Shown one piece after another: positions 52,326 to 64,000 of a stretch of 64,000 bases of DNA. A program made the position numbers and the translations under genes. The notes under the pieces were generated by a model that was not told the DNA's origin, made no database searches, and saw only the letters and a program-made list of their open reading frames with translations. Every line of letters begins with the position of its first letter. The stretch's first letter is position 1. Source of the stretch: Octopus vulgaris (Eukaryota); contig OX597818.1 of the NCBI GenBank assembly GCA_951406725.2, forward strand, positions 61,566,001-61,630,000, in the 5' to 3' direction.

Positions 52326-54788
52326 ACAAAAATCCATTAGTAAAAAATCTAAGTCAGAGGACTAATAGAAAATGTGCGTTATTGTTTATCTGTCGGTGGA
52401 TTTATGTAACTGTGTGTGTGTTGAATATTGAGCTTACAACAAATTGTTGAGATTTGGTTTTAAAATGTTATGGAAGACGAAGTAACGTAGTAAAATGCAC
52501 AAGTCAGAAGTGACAAAATGGCCAAGATATTCTTAACATATTCCTTCTTCGTTAATTTAATCCCAGTCAGCAACAAAAGAATTAGGTTGTGAACGGATTA
52601 CAGCATTATTTTGTTAATCAAAATTTGCTTGTGTTCTAAAAACATTTCAAAAGAAATCAAAATTAATCGCTGTTTCTGTACACATCTATGATCACTTATT
52701 CTCTATTAATTTCATTAGCTATAATTGCTAATAAATCTTTGGGGGTACTCAAGAAATCAAAGGAATAATTTAATAATTGACTATTATTACATTTCAGTTA
52801 ACTTTTTTTAAAGTACTATTCAGTAAAACCGAGGGAAATTAAATATCAAATAAATAAACAAACATCATTTTGACAAAAATCATCCTGATTACACGGGATC
52901 ATCAAATGGATAATTAGCAACAGATTGTTAAGCAATTCAAATAATCCTCATAAAACTCACTTAAATGTCTATGTCTGAGTAACCTAAAATAAATTCTATG
53001 ATTTTTCCTCCTAACATCAAAGTTGGCAAAAATTCAAAAGCTGTTTGAAATATGATCAAAGTCATATACCAGCCGTCTTGAAATAAAAACTAGTGAAGCA
53101 AATCGGCAGCTGAAGTGCGACGTTATGTACTGTAACTAAGAAGTCTTATATCTATCTGAGCTTGAAAATGAATGCCTAAGAATCTAAACTAAAGATCAAT
53201 AATTTAGTCAGTTCTTTGTTATTTAATCAATAGCAAGCAACACAAGTGACAGCAAAAGTTTCAATTATCTTTCCTGAAATAATCTAAACTGATAAGAGAA
53301 GTTGTTATGTGATGAATAGAAGCACAGAAGAACAGTGTTTGGAATTGTAGTAATATTTCAGACTACATGTGTGTGTATTTACAAGGAGAGAGAGAGAGAG
53401 ATATAGAAAAATTTAGTCCAAGATTATAATATCAGGTGTTAAATGAAATGTGGAACACACCTAGGAAAGAATGAAAGAAAAACAACAACAAAAAAAAACA
53501 AACAATATCTGTTATGTAGAGTCTTGCATATTTTCGAATGTGTTCATTGAAATATTTCAATAGTCAATGCTTTTGTTTATTTAAAAGAAAATTATTTTGT
53601 GATTGAAATTAAACCAAAGAAGAGTTTGTTTATTGCAATTTCCAGCCCCGACAAGAACTCACAGGTTTAATTCTACGCTATAAATACATCACATTAAATG
53701 TCTTAGTTGACTAAAATTAGATCCTATTACATAGTCGACTGTTAGTTTGTTGTCAAGACATCTTGTTGCATTCAATAATACAATTATCTGATTTTCAACT
53801 CTATTCAACTGGTAGCATAATAAAACAGGAAAAAAAAAAAAAAAGAGAAAAGAATGGTAAATAATGAAAAAAATTTTAAAAAGAAGTAGAATGTAATTTA
53901 GGAAATCCTGTAGTTTCATAGACCAATATTACCAAAATTTTAAAACGGTGAGATCTAATCTGCTTTATGTACACATACAAAGTACACCATCAGCAATGCA
54001 ATTTCTAAACCCTGACCTAGCATTTATACAGAAATCAAATATTTAAGATGTAAGTATAGCAGTATAGCGCAGCGCAGGGGCAATATGATTGCCAATATGT
54101 TTTACAGAAACAATGGAGACTGAGTGGAATAAAAGTAGAAACAATTCCTTAAAGGACTTTAGTAGAATTGTTATTTAAAGTAAATTTAGATGTTCCTATT
54201 TAAAGCAATTTATGCTGATTCCTAAATATCCCTTCAAGCACATTTCTTCTGACATGACATTAGTCTCTTCCTAGCTAGTTTTCTTTTCCTATCGATTTAT
54301 CAGAGACAGGAGGGGAGAGAGGGGAAAAATATCAATCAACTCGCAAAACACGATTGCAGGTCAAATTTCAAACATTCAATTTCACCTAGTATATACACTA
54401 CCGATCAGGAATAAACCATAAATTGTTTGCAGTTCTAGTATTTAAACTACTAAATCTACTACATTAAAATTTGAACACTAATCAGAATGCTATACAGTTT
54501 CTTTCTAATGCAGTTAATTATAGATGTAAACACTAGTTTCAGCTGACAAAGTCGAATACTAAGCAGTTACAGATGCAGCAAGTCTATATTTTAGAATATT
54601 TCAACTTCATTCATGCTTCAAAAGTTAACATAGGTACACAAACTTGTCGATGTAAAGCCGATAGCTCCACCGGTTCGCATAGCTCTTTAAAAGGAATTAT
54701 GATTATCACAGAAACAGTTTAAGACAAAAGCACATTTTTAAAAAACAACATACTAAGAAATGACCTACAGAATATATTTCAAAATAAA

Positions 54789-55121
54789 GTAGGAGTGGCT
54801 GTGTGGTAAGTAGCTTGCTTACCAACCACATGGTTCCGGGTTCAGTCCCAGTGCATGACACCTTGGGCAAGTGTCTTCTACTATAGCCTCGGGCCGACCA
54901 AAGCCTTGTGAGTGGATTTGGTAGACGGAAATTTAAAGAAGCCCGTCGTATATATGTATATATATATACATAATTTAAAATTAATCAAAGGACATACTAA
55001 GTATGTCTACCTGTTTGAAATAACAGTCAAAACTCTTATTAAATAGCCAAAAGATACACTGATGAAAACTACAGAAAATAGTTACATTGGATAATAATAG
55101 AATTAATGACACCTTCGCAAA

Positions 55122-55160
<39 letters not shown>

Positions 55161-55506
55161 TAAAGAGGTAAAGACCCCCTTCGGTCATGAATGACCATGG
55201 GATTGCACCTAGAAAGTTACCCTCCTAGACACAAGTCCGGGCAAGGTTGTTTATGGAAGACCAGCAGTCGCCCATGCATACCAGCCTCTCCTCTCCATGC
55301 CACTGATGTTATCCAAGGGAAAGACAAAGGTCGATACAGCTTGGCACCTGTGACGTCGCAACTCAATTCTACAGCTGAGTGAACTGGAGCAACGTGAAAT
55401 AAAGTGCCTTGCTCAAGAACACAACACGCAGCCCGGTCCGGGATTCGAGCTCACAACCTCACGATCGTAAGCTCGACGCTCTAACCACTGAGCCATGCAC
55501 CTTCAC

Positions 55507-55541
<35 letters not shown>

Positions 55542-55699
55542 ATGTTTGTGTTATGTCCCAATAACTTAGCGGTTCAGCAAAAGAGACCGATAAAATAAGT
55601 ACTAGGCTTACAAAGAGCAAGTCCTGGGGTCAATTTGCTCGACTAAAGGTGGTGCTCCAGCATGGCTACAGTCAAATAACTGAAACAAGAAAAAGAGTA
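54789..55699 (+). mobile_element. SINE family A split by insertions in its (TA)n tract
   Basis: 5' half 54789-54970, 3' half 55507-55699. Confidence 0.85.
55153..55506 (-). mobile_element. tRNA-derived SINE family D, nested in (TA)n
   Basis: Minus-strand head GGTGCATGGCTCAGTGGTTAGAGCG...GCTCGAATCCCGG; TTTACC-type tail. Confidence 0.88.
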
Positions 55700-55899
55700 T
55701 CTACAGAATGATCAAGTCAATAAAGTTGTCGGTACATACTCCAGCGCAAAGACAATTATGTAACCCTAGGCACCGAACTAAACTAAATTAACTAACATAG
55801 AAAAGTAGATTTGATTACTTGTAACGTTTTCAACACAGGAAATAACACACTGGAGTCAAACGTAGTGTTTAATAAAATATATTAGGAATTAACTAATAT

Positions 55900-56284
55900 A
55901 AAATTATTAACCATTTTACAAATAATAACTCTGAGCACCCTTTCAAATTCCACCTGTCTAACACCCGTGGACATGTTTACAAAGTCAGAAAACAGTACAG
56001 CTCCCATGACTTTCGGAAACATTTTTTCACGCTGAGAGTTGCTGAAGCATGGAACAAACAGCCAGCATCAGTTGTTAGTTGTCGGAGCACTGCATCCTTC
56101 AAAACTTCCATGCTTCCTGAGATTTGCCAACACTACACCAGATTTTCTCCCCTCCATACACACGCAAGCATGTATCTGATTCATACACTGTTCACTTCCC
56201 AGACATTTGTACATTACTGCATCTGCCTTATTCCCACTTTTGACAAGTTGTAGTGCACCTGAGCACTGTATACAATAATTTCAT
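55900..56284 (+). mobile_element. CR1-clade LINE 3' end
   Basis: Translates to NTRGHVYKVRK...FRKHFFTLRVAEAWNKQPASVV...SFK, the typical CR1 ORF2 C-terminus, then a 3' UTR. Confidence 0.88.
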
Positions 56285-56289
56285 AGTGC

Positions 56290-56550
56290 CGCCTTGGCTG
56301 GCTTCCGTGCTGGTGGCACGTTAAAAGCACCAACCGATTGTGGCCAATGCCAGACTCCCCTGGCACGTAAAAAGCACCCACTACACTCGCGGAGTGGTTG
56401 GCGTTAGGAAGGGCATCCAGCTGTAGAAACATTGCCAGATCAGACTGGAGCCTGGTGCAGCCCCTGGCTTCCCAGGCCCCGGTCGAACCGCCCAACACAT
56501 GCTAGCACGGAAAACGGACGTTAAACGATGATGATGATGATGATGATGAT
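56290..56550 (+). mobile_element. Retroposon family C
   Basis: Core and (GAT)n tail. Confidence 0.88.
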
Positions 56551-57049
56551 TATTGTTTTGCTCAGCAAACACGGGAGGCAACTTCACTCAATTGAGCAGG
56601 AAATATACAAAGCAGGATGGTTCAGTAGTAGGCTGCTGGCTTAGTAGATAAATGATCAATTCATACTACAGCAGAAATGCTTAGTCAACAGGCATTTTGA
56701 GGTATTTTAAGAAAATTTCGTTATTCTAATTTTCACTGTTTTCTACTTATTCCAATAACTCTCTATTTTTCAAATTAATTAATTATGAGTAGAGATAAGC
56801 TTTTAGCGAGATGAAAATATGTCTCAGTTTCATCAGTAAGACTTTTCAGAAAAGTATGAACAGCAAAGTAATTTCCCCCACCCCTTAGATAAGACATTAA
56901 TATTCTACATCTAAACTTATCTGTCAAGAAAATACAAATGCACATCTAAGTGCACACCTAACCGATCACACTTTATCAAAGTGCTAAAGGTTATGAAATA
57001 TTATTTTCAAAATACACCTAGATTTCAAAGCAGAATCTACAAAATGGTA

Positions 57050-57102
57050 CACTCACACACACACACACACACGTATACAGACATACACACACACACACAC
57101 AT

Positions 57103-57137
<35 letters not shown>

Positions 57138-57448
57138 CACACACATGTACACACACACACGTACACACACACACGTACACACACACACGTACACACACAC
57201 ACGTACACACACACGCATACACACACACACGTACACACACACACGCATACACACACACACGTACACACACACACGTACACACACACACGTACACACACAC
57301 ACACGTACACACACACACATACACACACACACGTACACACACACACGTACACACACACACGTACACACACACACGTACACACACGCACGTACACACACAC
57401 ATGTACACACACACACGTACACACACACACACGTACACACACACACGT

Positions 57449-57509
<61 letters not shown>

Positions 57510-57520
57510 CACACACACAC
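57050..57520. repeat. Compound (CA)n microsatellite punctuated by CGTA/TGTA
   Basis: Direct inspection; source of the longest ORFs in the track. Confidence 0.95.
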
Positions 57521-57549
57521 CAGCATGGAAGTCAGGCGTTAAATGAATG

Positions 57550-57698
57550 ATCACCCTCTTCCTTGTGTCATTACCAACTTTTCCTGCAAGTTTCATCAAA
57601 TACCGTTCACAACTTATTGAATTATTTTGCACCCAGACGGACAGACAGACAAACCAACACTGATGCAAACATAACCTCCTTCCTTGGCGGAGGAAATA
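57550..57698 (-). mobile_element. Helentron-associated (HINE/DINE-1-like) element end
   Basis: Minus strand TTATTTCCTCCGCCAAGGAAGGAGGTTATG hairpin followed by (TGTC)n and TTGATGAAACTTG. Confidence 0.7.
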
Positions 57699-57982
57699 AA
57701 AGATGACCTGGACTTGTGAAGGATCAGTTTCTTTTGTCCCAGCAAACACCAACCATCAGTCCCTGTCATCACATTCACACCTAACATGTCTGCAACACCT
57801 GTAGAAACTTCACCCACTCAGATTGATTACATACAAAATAAATTCACACAAAAATAATAATAGTATCAATAATCTTCGTTAGCTCTAAACGAAGATGGGA
57901 TGCACCACTGTTAGCTGCAACTGGTGTGCTCTATTCAAGAATACCTTTTGTGACTACCACCAGAAACTGTTGGTACAAGAAA

Positions 57983-58014
<32 letters not shown>

Positions 58015-58630
58015 TAAAACAAAATATACACATACATAATTAAACAATCCAGAAAGTCGAGTACACATTCTCCGAGAATCCATACAAAATACATGAAGAT
58101 GAAAATTCTTTCAAAAGCAGACATAAAACGAAACATCAAAAAAGCTAAAGAGTAATATTTTAGAATAGCATGAACTGTATGGAATTTAATTGATGTGTTG
58201 ATTATTAATTATCCTGAATATTGTGAACTTCACCTGTGAAATGCTTGTGTTGAAATTAATGAAATAACTTAAAAGTATTAGTTCTAACCAAAGAAAATTT
58301 AGATTAAAATTTCAGTTGGTATTAAAATATCAATCTAACTTCAAAATCTTTTGCTAAGTAAATCGATAAAAGTGATGAAATATTCCAGCAAGCTCAAAGT
58401 ATAACAACTACGTTAAAATACTTTTAATTAATAGATACTAATGAGCTTTTTATATACAATAATGCCTCTGTGTGTAGGAGAGAGCGAGAGAGAGAGAGGT
58501 GGGGTATTGATTTCAAATAAAATAAAAGAATGGTTCTTTTATCAAAGACAGTCACTGCTCTTACCAAATAAACTATCTCAAGTTATAACAACAGAAAATT
58601 CCTGAAGCCACTACAAATAGTAGATCTCAC

Positions 58631-58657
58631 AATTTGTGATAATCTCTCCAGGTAATC
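58631..58657 (-). CDS. Candidate 27-nt microexon
   Basis: ttctttgttattatgctatgtag|GATTACCTGGAGAGATTATCACAAATT|gtgaga; open in all three frames. Confidence 0.3.
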
Positions 58658-58802
58658 CTACATAGCATAATAACAAAGAATCTAGTCTTGAAGAGGCAGA
58701 TTTTATTGAGAAATATTTCATTTTGGATCAATTGGTGACTCTCAACAAAATTCAATACTTCTCCTCTTCTTGGCACTAATTGTCTCTTCACCAAAGCCTT
58801 AC

Positions 58803-58883
58803 ACCAATCAACATCATATCTATCGCAGCTGTTTGGAGGGCCAGCAAAGATCATGGGTACAGGACACCTGACTCCATCCTCAT
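58803..58883 (-). CDS. Candidate 81-nt symmetric (phase 1-1) internal exon, (D)EDGVRCPVPMIFAGPPNSCDRYDVDW
   Basis: Acceptor ttgttttattttag, donor T|GTAAGG, one open frame, GC-rich relative to flanks. Confidence 0.52.
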
Positions 58884-59250
58884 CTAAAATAAAACAATTT
58901 CTGTAATTTCTAGAAGGGATAATAATGAGCATGCACTTGTTGCTTAGCCACAGATCAGCCAATTCTAGTTATAAACCATGATTTTCTATGGCTTAAGAAA
59001 ACGTTCATACAAGCAATTTAGTAGTTATTAATGGCTGAAGAAGATAATAGCTAAAGCATACACAATAAATAAATGAAAAGCAAAGCTAACAGCAGACCAA
59101 CGCTTCAAACATTTCTAACCAATGCCAACCGAAAAACAGATATCACTTTAGTAATATATTAAATGATAATAACGATAGAGTTAACTATTTATTTTAGATC
59201 AATAACAATACCTCCTAAGCTAAAACAAATATCTGTATGTACAAATGCAC

Positions 59251-59307
<57 letters not shown>

Positions 59308-59312
59308 CATAT

Positions 59313-59527
59313 ACTCTTTTACTTGTTTCAGTCATGTGACTGTGGCCATGCTGGAGCACCGCCTTTAGTTGAGCAAATCGACCCCAGGACTTATTCTTTG
59401 TAAGCCTAGTACTTATTCTATCGGTATCTTTTGTCGAACCGCTAAGTTACTGGGACACAAACACACCAGCATCGGTTGTCAAGCGATGTTGGGGGGACAA
59501 ACACAGACACACAAACATATATACATG

Positions 59528-59581
<54 letters not shown>

Positions 59582-59748
59582 CATATATACGATGGACTTT
59601 TTTCAGTTTCCCTCTACTAAATCCACTCACAAGGCTTTGGTCAGCCCGAGGCTATAGTAGAAGACACTTGCCTAAGGTGCCACACAGTGGGACTAAACCC
59701 AGAACCATGTGGTTGGTAAGCAAGCTCCTTACCACACAGCCACTCCTA
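59313..59748 (-). mobile_element. SINE family A
   Basis: Reverse-complement match to other copies. Confidence 0.92.
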
Positions 59749-60691
59749 TATAACTTTTTTTTATATATCACAAGCTTGTTATAACCAATCATGAATTTAT
59801 GACATTCAAAGTTGTCTGAAGCAGACCTAAAATGACCTTTGAGTGGTAATTTTACCATTTAAATTTCCAAGATGGCTAGCATCCTACCATAATCTATTAC
59901 CAGGTTTTGTCAGTCTTGCCAATATTGTCAATTTAAGAAAGTTATGAATCTTCAGCAAGCTTATTTACATTGTGCAAATATGAAATAAATACATTTTCTT
60001 TTCTCAGTTCTGTTATTAACAATCACAAATATTCATCTTAACGTCTCTCCCTGCTTTAAACGCAGTTCTGAAAATCTTCACTCCATGGATACTTTTACTT
60101 AAAAGCTCTCAACTTTGAACTCGAGCAAGCAGTGATAATGATGGTGGCGGGTGGTGGTGAGTGGTGGTGGTGTGGTGTGGAGGGGATCAAGTAAAGAAAT
60201 TGTCTCCTTAAGCTTAAACTTCATTGTCTGGTGAATAATTATATTTTCCTGTTGACTATCGAGACCACCAATCAATGCAAGATCACAAAAAAAAAAAAAC
60301 CAAACAAAAACATAAAACCTACTTGTTGGAAAAGAAAAAAAAAAAGAAAAAAGAAATTTGCAGTTTCTCTAAATTGTATAAAATTAAAAGAAATCAATGA
60401 TCATTTTTGTTTTTGAATTGTCTATTTGATGCTTTCCTCAAAAACAAACTAACTGCATTACTTTCCTATACAGCATAATCAATGACTTGAATCGCTTAAC
60501 CCCAATTAGACCAACCTGCCTGACACAGCTTCAGGTCCGATGCTACAAAACGTTTCAAATTAAAGTGCTCGTGTTTCCCCTCATGTCTTCCTGTAATAAC
60601 AACCTATTGCTAAACACATGTTCAAAATGTTCCTAACATAGGTGTGATATTCTAAAAAAGGGGTTTAGGTGATATTATGGATACGAGTTGT

Positions 60692-61012
60692 GGAGGCGCA
60701 ATGGCACGGTGGTTAGGGCAGTGCGCTCACGGTTAGAGGATCACGGTTTCGATTCCCAGACCAGGCGTTGTATGTGTTTATTGAGTGAAAACACCTAAAA
60801 GGTCCATGAGGCTCTGGCAAGGGCTGGTGGCAACCCCAGTTGTACTCTTTTGCCACAACTTTTTCTCACTCTCTCTTCCTGTTTTTTGAGTAACGCTGTG
60901 ATAGACTGGTTTCCCGTCCAGCGGGGGGGGGGGGGGAAACACATATGCCACAGAAACTGGGAAACCGGGCCCATGAGCCTGGCTAGGCTTGAAAAGGGCG
61001 AAAAGAAGAAAG
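60692..61012 (+). mobile_element. tRNA-derived SINE family E
   Basis: Head TGGCACGGTGGTTAGGGC...GGTTTCGATTCCC; V-domain-like CTGTGATAGACTGGTTTCCCGTCCAG; AAG tail. Confidence 0.8.
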
Positions 61013-61186
61013 ATGGATACCAGTAATTGACAGAGGTTTTATTTTATTGACATTGGAAGGACAAAAGGAAAAACTGATCCTAGGATTATATGAACTCAGA
61101 ATTGGAAGAATCATCAATTAAATATTAGAAAAGGTTACTTAGTTCATAAAATTCTATTAAATTCATGATTATTTTAAAAATTAATA

Positions 61187-61382
61187 GCACAAAATTTTGT
61201 CAGTGAACAGGTTGCGGTCTCAAAGCGCGAAAATATTTTGACAAATTAAATTTAAATATTGAAGTGAATCTAATGGTTTTGCGTGTTCCTTAAATGGCTT
61301 ATAAACACCTTCCATGCTGCAATTGTTTTCGTTCCAGCACACGATTTCAGATCAAGTCACTCGCTATGCAAGTACATCTTCG
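61187..61382 (+). mobile_element. Solo copy of family P3
   Basis: Colinear with 36566-36704 and with the reverse complement of 36394-36451. Confidence 0.85.
61196..61245 (+). ncRNA. Minimal type I hammerhead ribozyme motif, G3-C8 variant
   Basis: TTTGTCA-GTGAACA-G-GTTGC GGTCTCAAA GCGC-GAAA-ATATTT-TGACAAA: perfect 7-bp stem I, stem II, GAAA, palindromic AATATT stem III, UUU triplet. Confidence 0.62.
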
Positions 61383-61749
61383 AAATGAAATAATGTTATT
61401 TTATTAGAAATATACCACCTGTTTTGTAAAAGGGTTAAATGATTGACATATTTAAGCCAGATGTAATGAACAAGGAACATAAATGAAGTAGTTATGCAAA
61501 AATGGACTTGTGTTATTACAGAAGTAGAGCAATTGAGTGATGTATATTCTTTTATATACACAAAAGAAATGATTTTGTACCTGCTTAATATGCGAGACAG
61601 ATACAGGTTCAAAAATTAAAAATCAGATTCCTATATTTCAGCATAAGAGAGCAATGGGCTTACATAATCAATACAAAATGCAACACACATTGCAAACAGA
61701 ACATCTATACCTTCTAAGATTTATTTTTGCCTTTACTAAATCTTTGCTT

Positions 61750-62080
61750 ATCATCATCGTTTAACGTCCGTTTTCCATGCTAGCATGGGTTGGACGGTTC
61801 GACTGAGGTCTGGGAAGCCAGGAAGCTGCACCAGACCCAGTCTGATCTGGCAGTGTTTCTACAGCTGGATGCCCTTCCTAATGCTAACTACTCCATGAGT
61901 GTAGTGAGTGGTTATTACGTGCCAGGTGAGGCTGGCAACGGCCACAATCGGTTGGTGCTTTTTACGTGCCACCGGCACAGGGGCCAGTCGTGGCTGTGCT
62001 GGCAACGACCACATTCGGATGGTTCTTTTACGTGCCACTGGCACTGGTATCACAAATACAATTTCCATTGATTTTTTATC
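61750..62080 (-). mobile_element. Retroposon family C
   Basis: Reverse complement of tail, core and internal repeats. Confidence 0.88.
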
Positions 62081-62311
62081 GATTTCTCCAAGTTAGAAAA
62101 GTACTCAAAATGTACTGAGGTTAATTCATGTGATTAGCACACACACGCAACCCATCCCTAAAAAAATTGACCTTCATTTCAGGAGTGGATCCAAAGTTCG
62201 ATTCATGACTATTAACTTGAGCTCCTGGACTGTGTGGCATAAAAACTTAGTAGAAACTCAGTAGAAATTTAATATAAACAGCAAACAAAAATGATATAAA
62301 AAAGCTGGTTT

Positions 62312-62693
62312 AGGCATGGATGTGTGGTTAAGAAGCTTGCTTTGAAACTATGAACTTTCAGGTTCAGTCCCACAGCACTGCACCCTGGGCAAGTGTCTAC
62401 CATACTGCCAGACCAAGCAATGACTTGGTAGTGAATTTGGTAGTCGAAATCTCTGTGGAAGACCATAGTGTGTGCGTGCGTGTGTGTGTTATATTTGTAC
62501 CCTAACCTCTACCACTTGACATACAGTGCTGAATTGCTTACATAGCCATAAGTTAGTCATTCAGCAAAAGTGACCAACACAATAAATACAAGACTTAATA
62601 TGCACTGGGGTCAATATATTCAACTAAACCCTTTAAGGCAGTACTTCAGCATGGCCACAGTCCAATGGCTGAAACGAGTAAAAGATAAAAAGA
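62312..62693 (+). mobile_element. Old, degraded SINE family A relative
   Basis: Recognisable head, TG tract and CAGCATGGCCACAGTC...GTAAAAGA tail. Confidence 0.75.
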
Positions 62694-62901
62694 TGTGAGT
62701 TTGGGAAAGATTTGCAACACCCATTGATAAGATAAATCCCATCAGTCCTTCAAAGTATTGACATTGCTTAGCATTGCTGGAGGAAACAGTACTGCCAGTG
62801 ACACCAAAATCATGGTGCTTCCCAATTAACAGCTGATGAAGGGAATGTGCAACTCACATGGAGGACATATTCAATCTGTCTCGAGACCTTGCATAAAGCC
62901 A

Positions 62902-63297
62902 CATCATCATCATCATCATCATCGTCATTTAACGTCCGCTTTCCATGCTGGCATGGGTTGGACGAATGTCTGAGGGCTGGCGAACCAGATGGCTGCACCA
63001 GGCTTCAATCTTGATCTGGCAGAGTTTCTACAGCTGGATGCCCTTCCTGACGCCAACCACTCCGAGAGTGTAGTGGGTGCTTTTACGTACCACCAGCACA
63101 GGGCCAGTCAGGCGGTACTGGCAATGACCTCGTTCCAATTTTTTTACACGTGCCAGTAAGGCGATGCTGGTAACGATCACGCTTGAATGGTGTCTTTTAC
63201 GTGCCACCAGCACGGAGGCCAGATAGCCGCTCCGGCAACGATCACGCTCGGATGGTGCTCTTTAAGGCGACGCTGGTAACGATCACGCCTGAATGGT
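62902..63297 (-). mobile_element. Retroposon family C with expanded internal repeats
   Basis: (CAT)n, core, repeated GGTAACGATCACGC...GAATGGTG units. Confidence 0.88.
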
Positions 63298-64000
63298 GGA
63301 GCGTGATGTAATCACAAAATAGTACACTGAGCTTTTTGCTATATTTATCAAGTACAATGTATCATTACTCAAGGTTCAAATGCTACAAGAATCAATACAT
63401 AATTGTGGTGTAATGTAAAATTCCATTATAAGCCATATACTCTCCTGAAAAACTGACCTTGAGCCTTATCAAAAGAAACTGTGTTTGAACATGTGCAAGT
63501 GCTTAAGTGTATTTGTGAATGCATGTGTGTTCATGCACATACAAAACAATAACAGTGTCATCAATATTTATACTCGTTAGACAATTAACTAAAATGTCTT
63601 TGTTCTTTGATAGCAATAGAATTCAAACGGTTTTAATGATTACCTAGTCAAAATGACTGATATAATAGGGATTTTATTGCCATTATCTGAAAATGGGAAC
63701 GATTGTAAACTGGAACTGAAAACAAATAGCATTGTTTCCAATTTTGTCTAAATCAATATAGACAACAAAACCATGATTCCATAACCTGAGATTTATTAAT
63801 TTTTAGTTGAATGCTGACTAATATTATCTGTTGGGGAATACAATATTGGGAAAATATTTGAAATGAAACAGACTTACACAGAATAAATATATATGTATTT
63901 TTTTAAAAATAAAAACTAAAACTAGCGAAAATCATTTAATGAATACAATCACATTAGGTTGTCTGCAGTAGTATTGTCAAGAGGGTCTTAATTATAAATT

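Noticed and set aside
55055-55090. CTGATGA-N8-GAAA motif
   Set aside because: The intervening AAACTACA cannot form stem II and stem I does not pair.
55430-55506. tRNA-like sequence (also heads at 8864, 51130 and 60692)
   Set aside because: A and B boxes are present, but there is no proper acceptor stem and each continues into a SINE body; not tRNA genes.
56981-57752. Longest ORFs in the track (His/Thr or Cys/Val rich; likewise 51882-52337 and 3767-4304)
   Set aside because: They are translations of (CA)n/(TG)n microsatellites and minisatellites, open in several frames, with no protein-like complexity.
62830-62895. CTGATGA...GAGAC hammerhead-like spacing
   Set aside because: GAAA is altered and no stem I partner is visible.

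Overview
This is AT-rich, repeat-dense eukaryotic DNA. Its tRNA-derived SINE families, (TA)n/(CA)n microsatellites and (GAT)n-tailed retroposons look like an octopus (coleoid cephalopod) genome; that assignment rests on repeat recognition, not a search. No complete gene is visible, and nearly all supplied ORFs are microsatellite or SINE artefacts. The window reads as one or more very long introns, probably of a minus-strand gene I cannot name. Several short candidate exons and a clear recursive-splice-type CAG|GTAAGT site (51691-51720) support this. Mobile elements include four SINE families, a (GAT)n-tailed retroposon family, RTE and CR1 LINE 3' ends, a Helitron, a HINE, TTAA-flanked MITEs and mariner-type MITEs. 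The main finding is three sequence-unrelated asymmetric fold-back elements (4177-4558, 31750-32123, 36394-36705), plus a solo copy at 61187-61382. Two have 12-16 bp target duplications. Two families carry minimal type I hammerhead ribozyme motifs near the fold axis, in which the C3-G8 core pair is replaced by compensatory G3-C8 or U3-A8 pairs and an extra G follows A9. The third family has a hammerhead-like topology with a non-canonical core. They are probably Penelope-like pLTR derivatives. Ribozyme activity is inferred, not shown.
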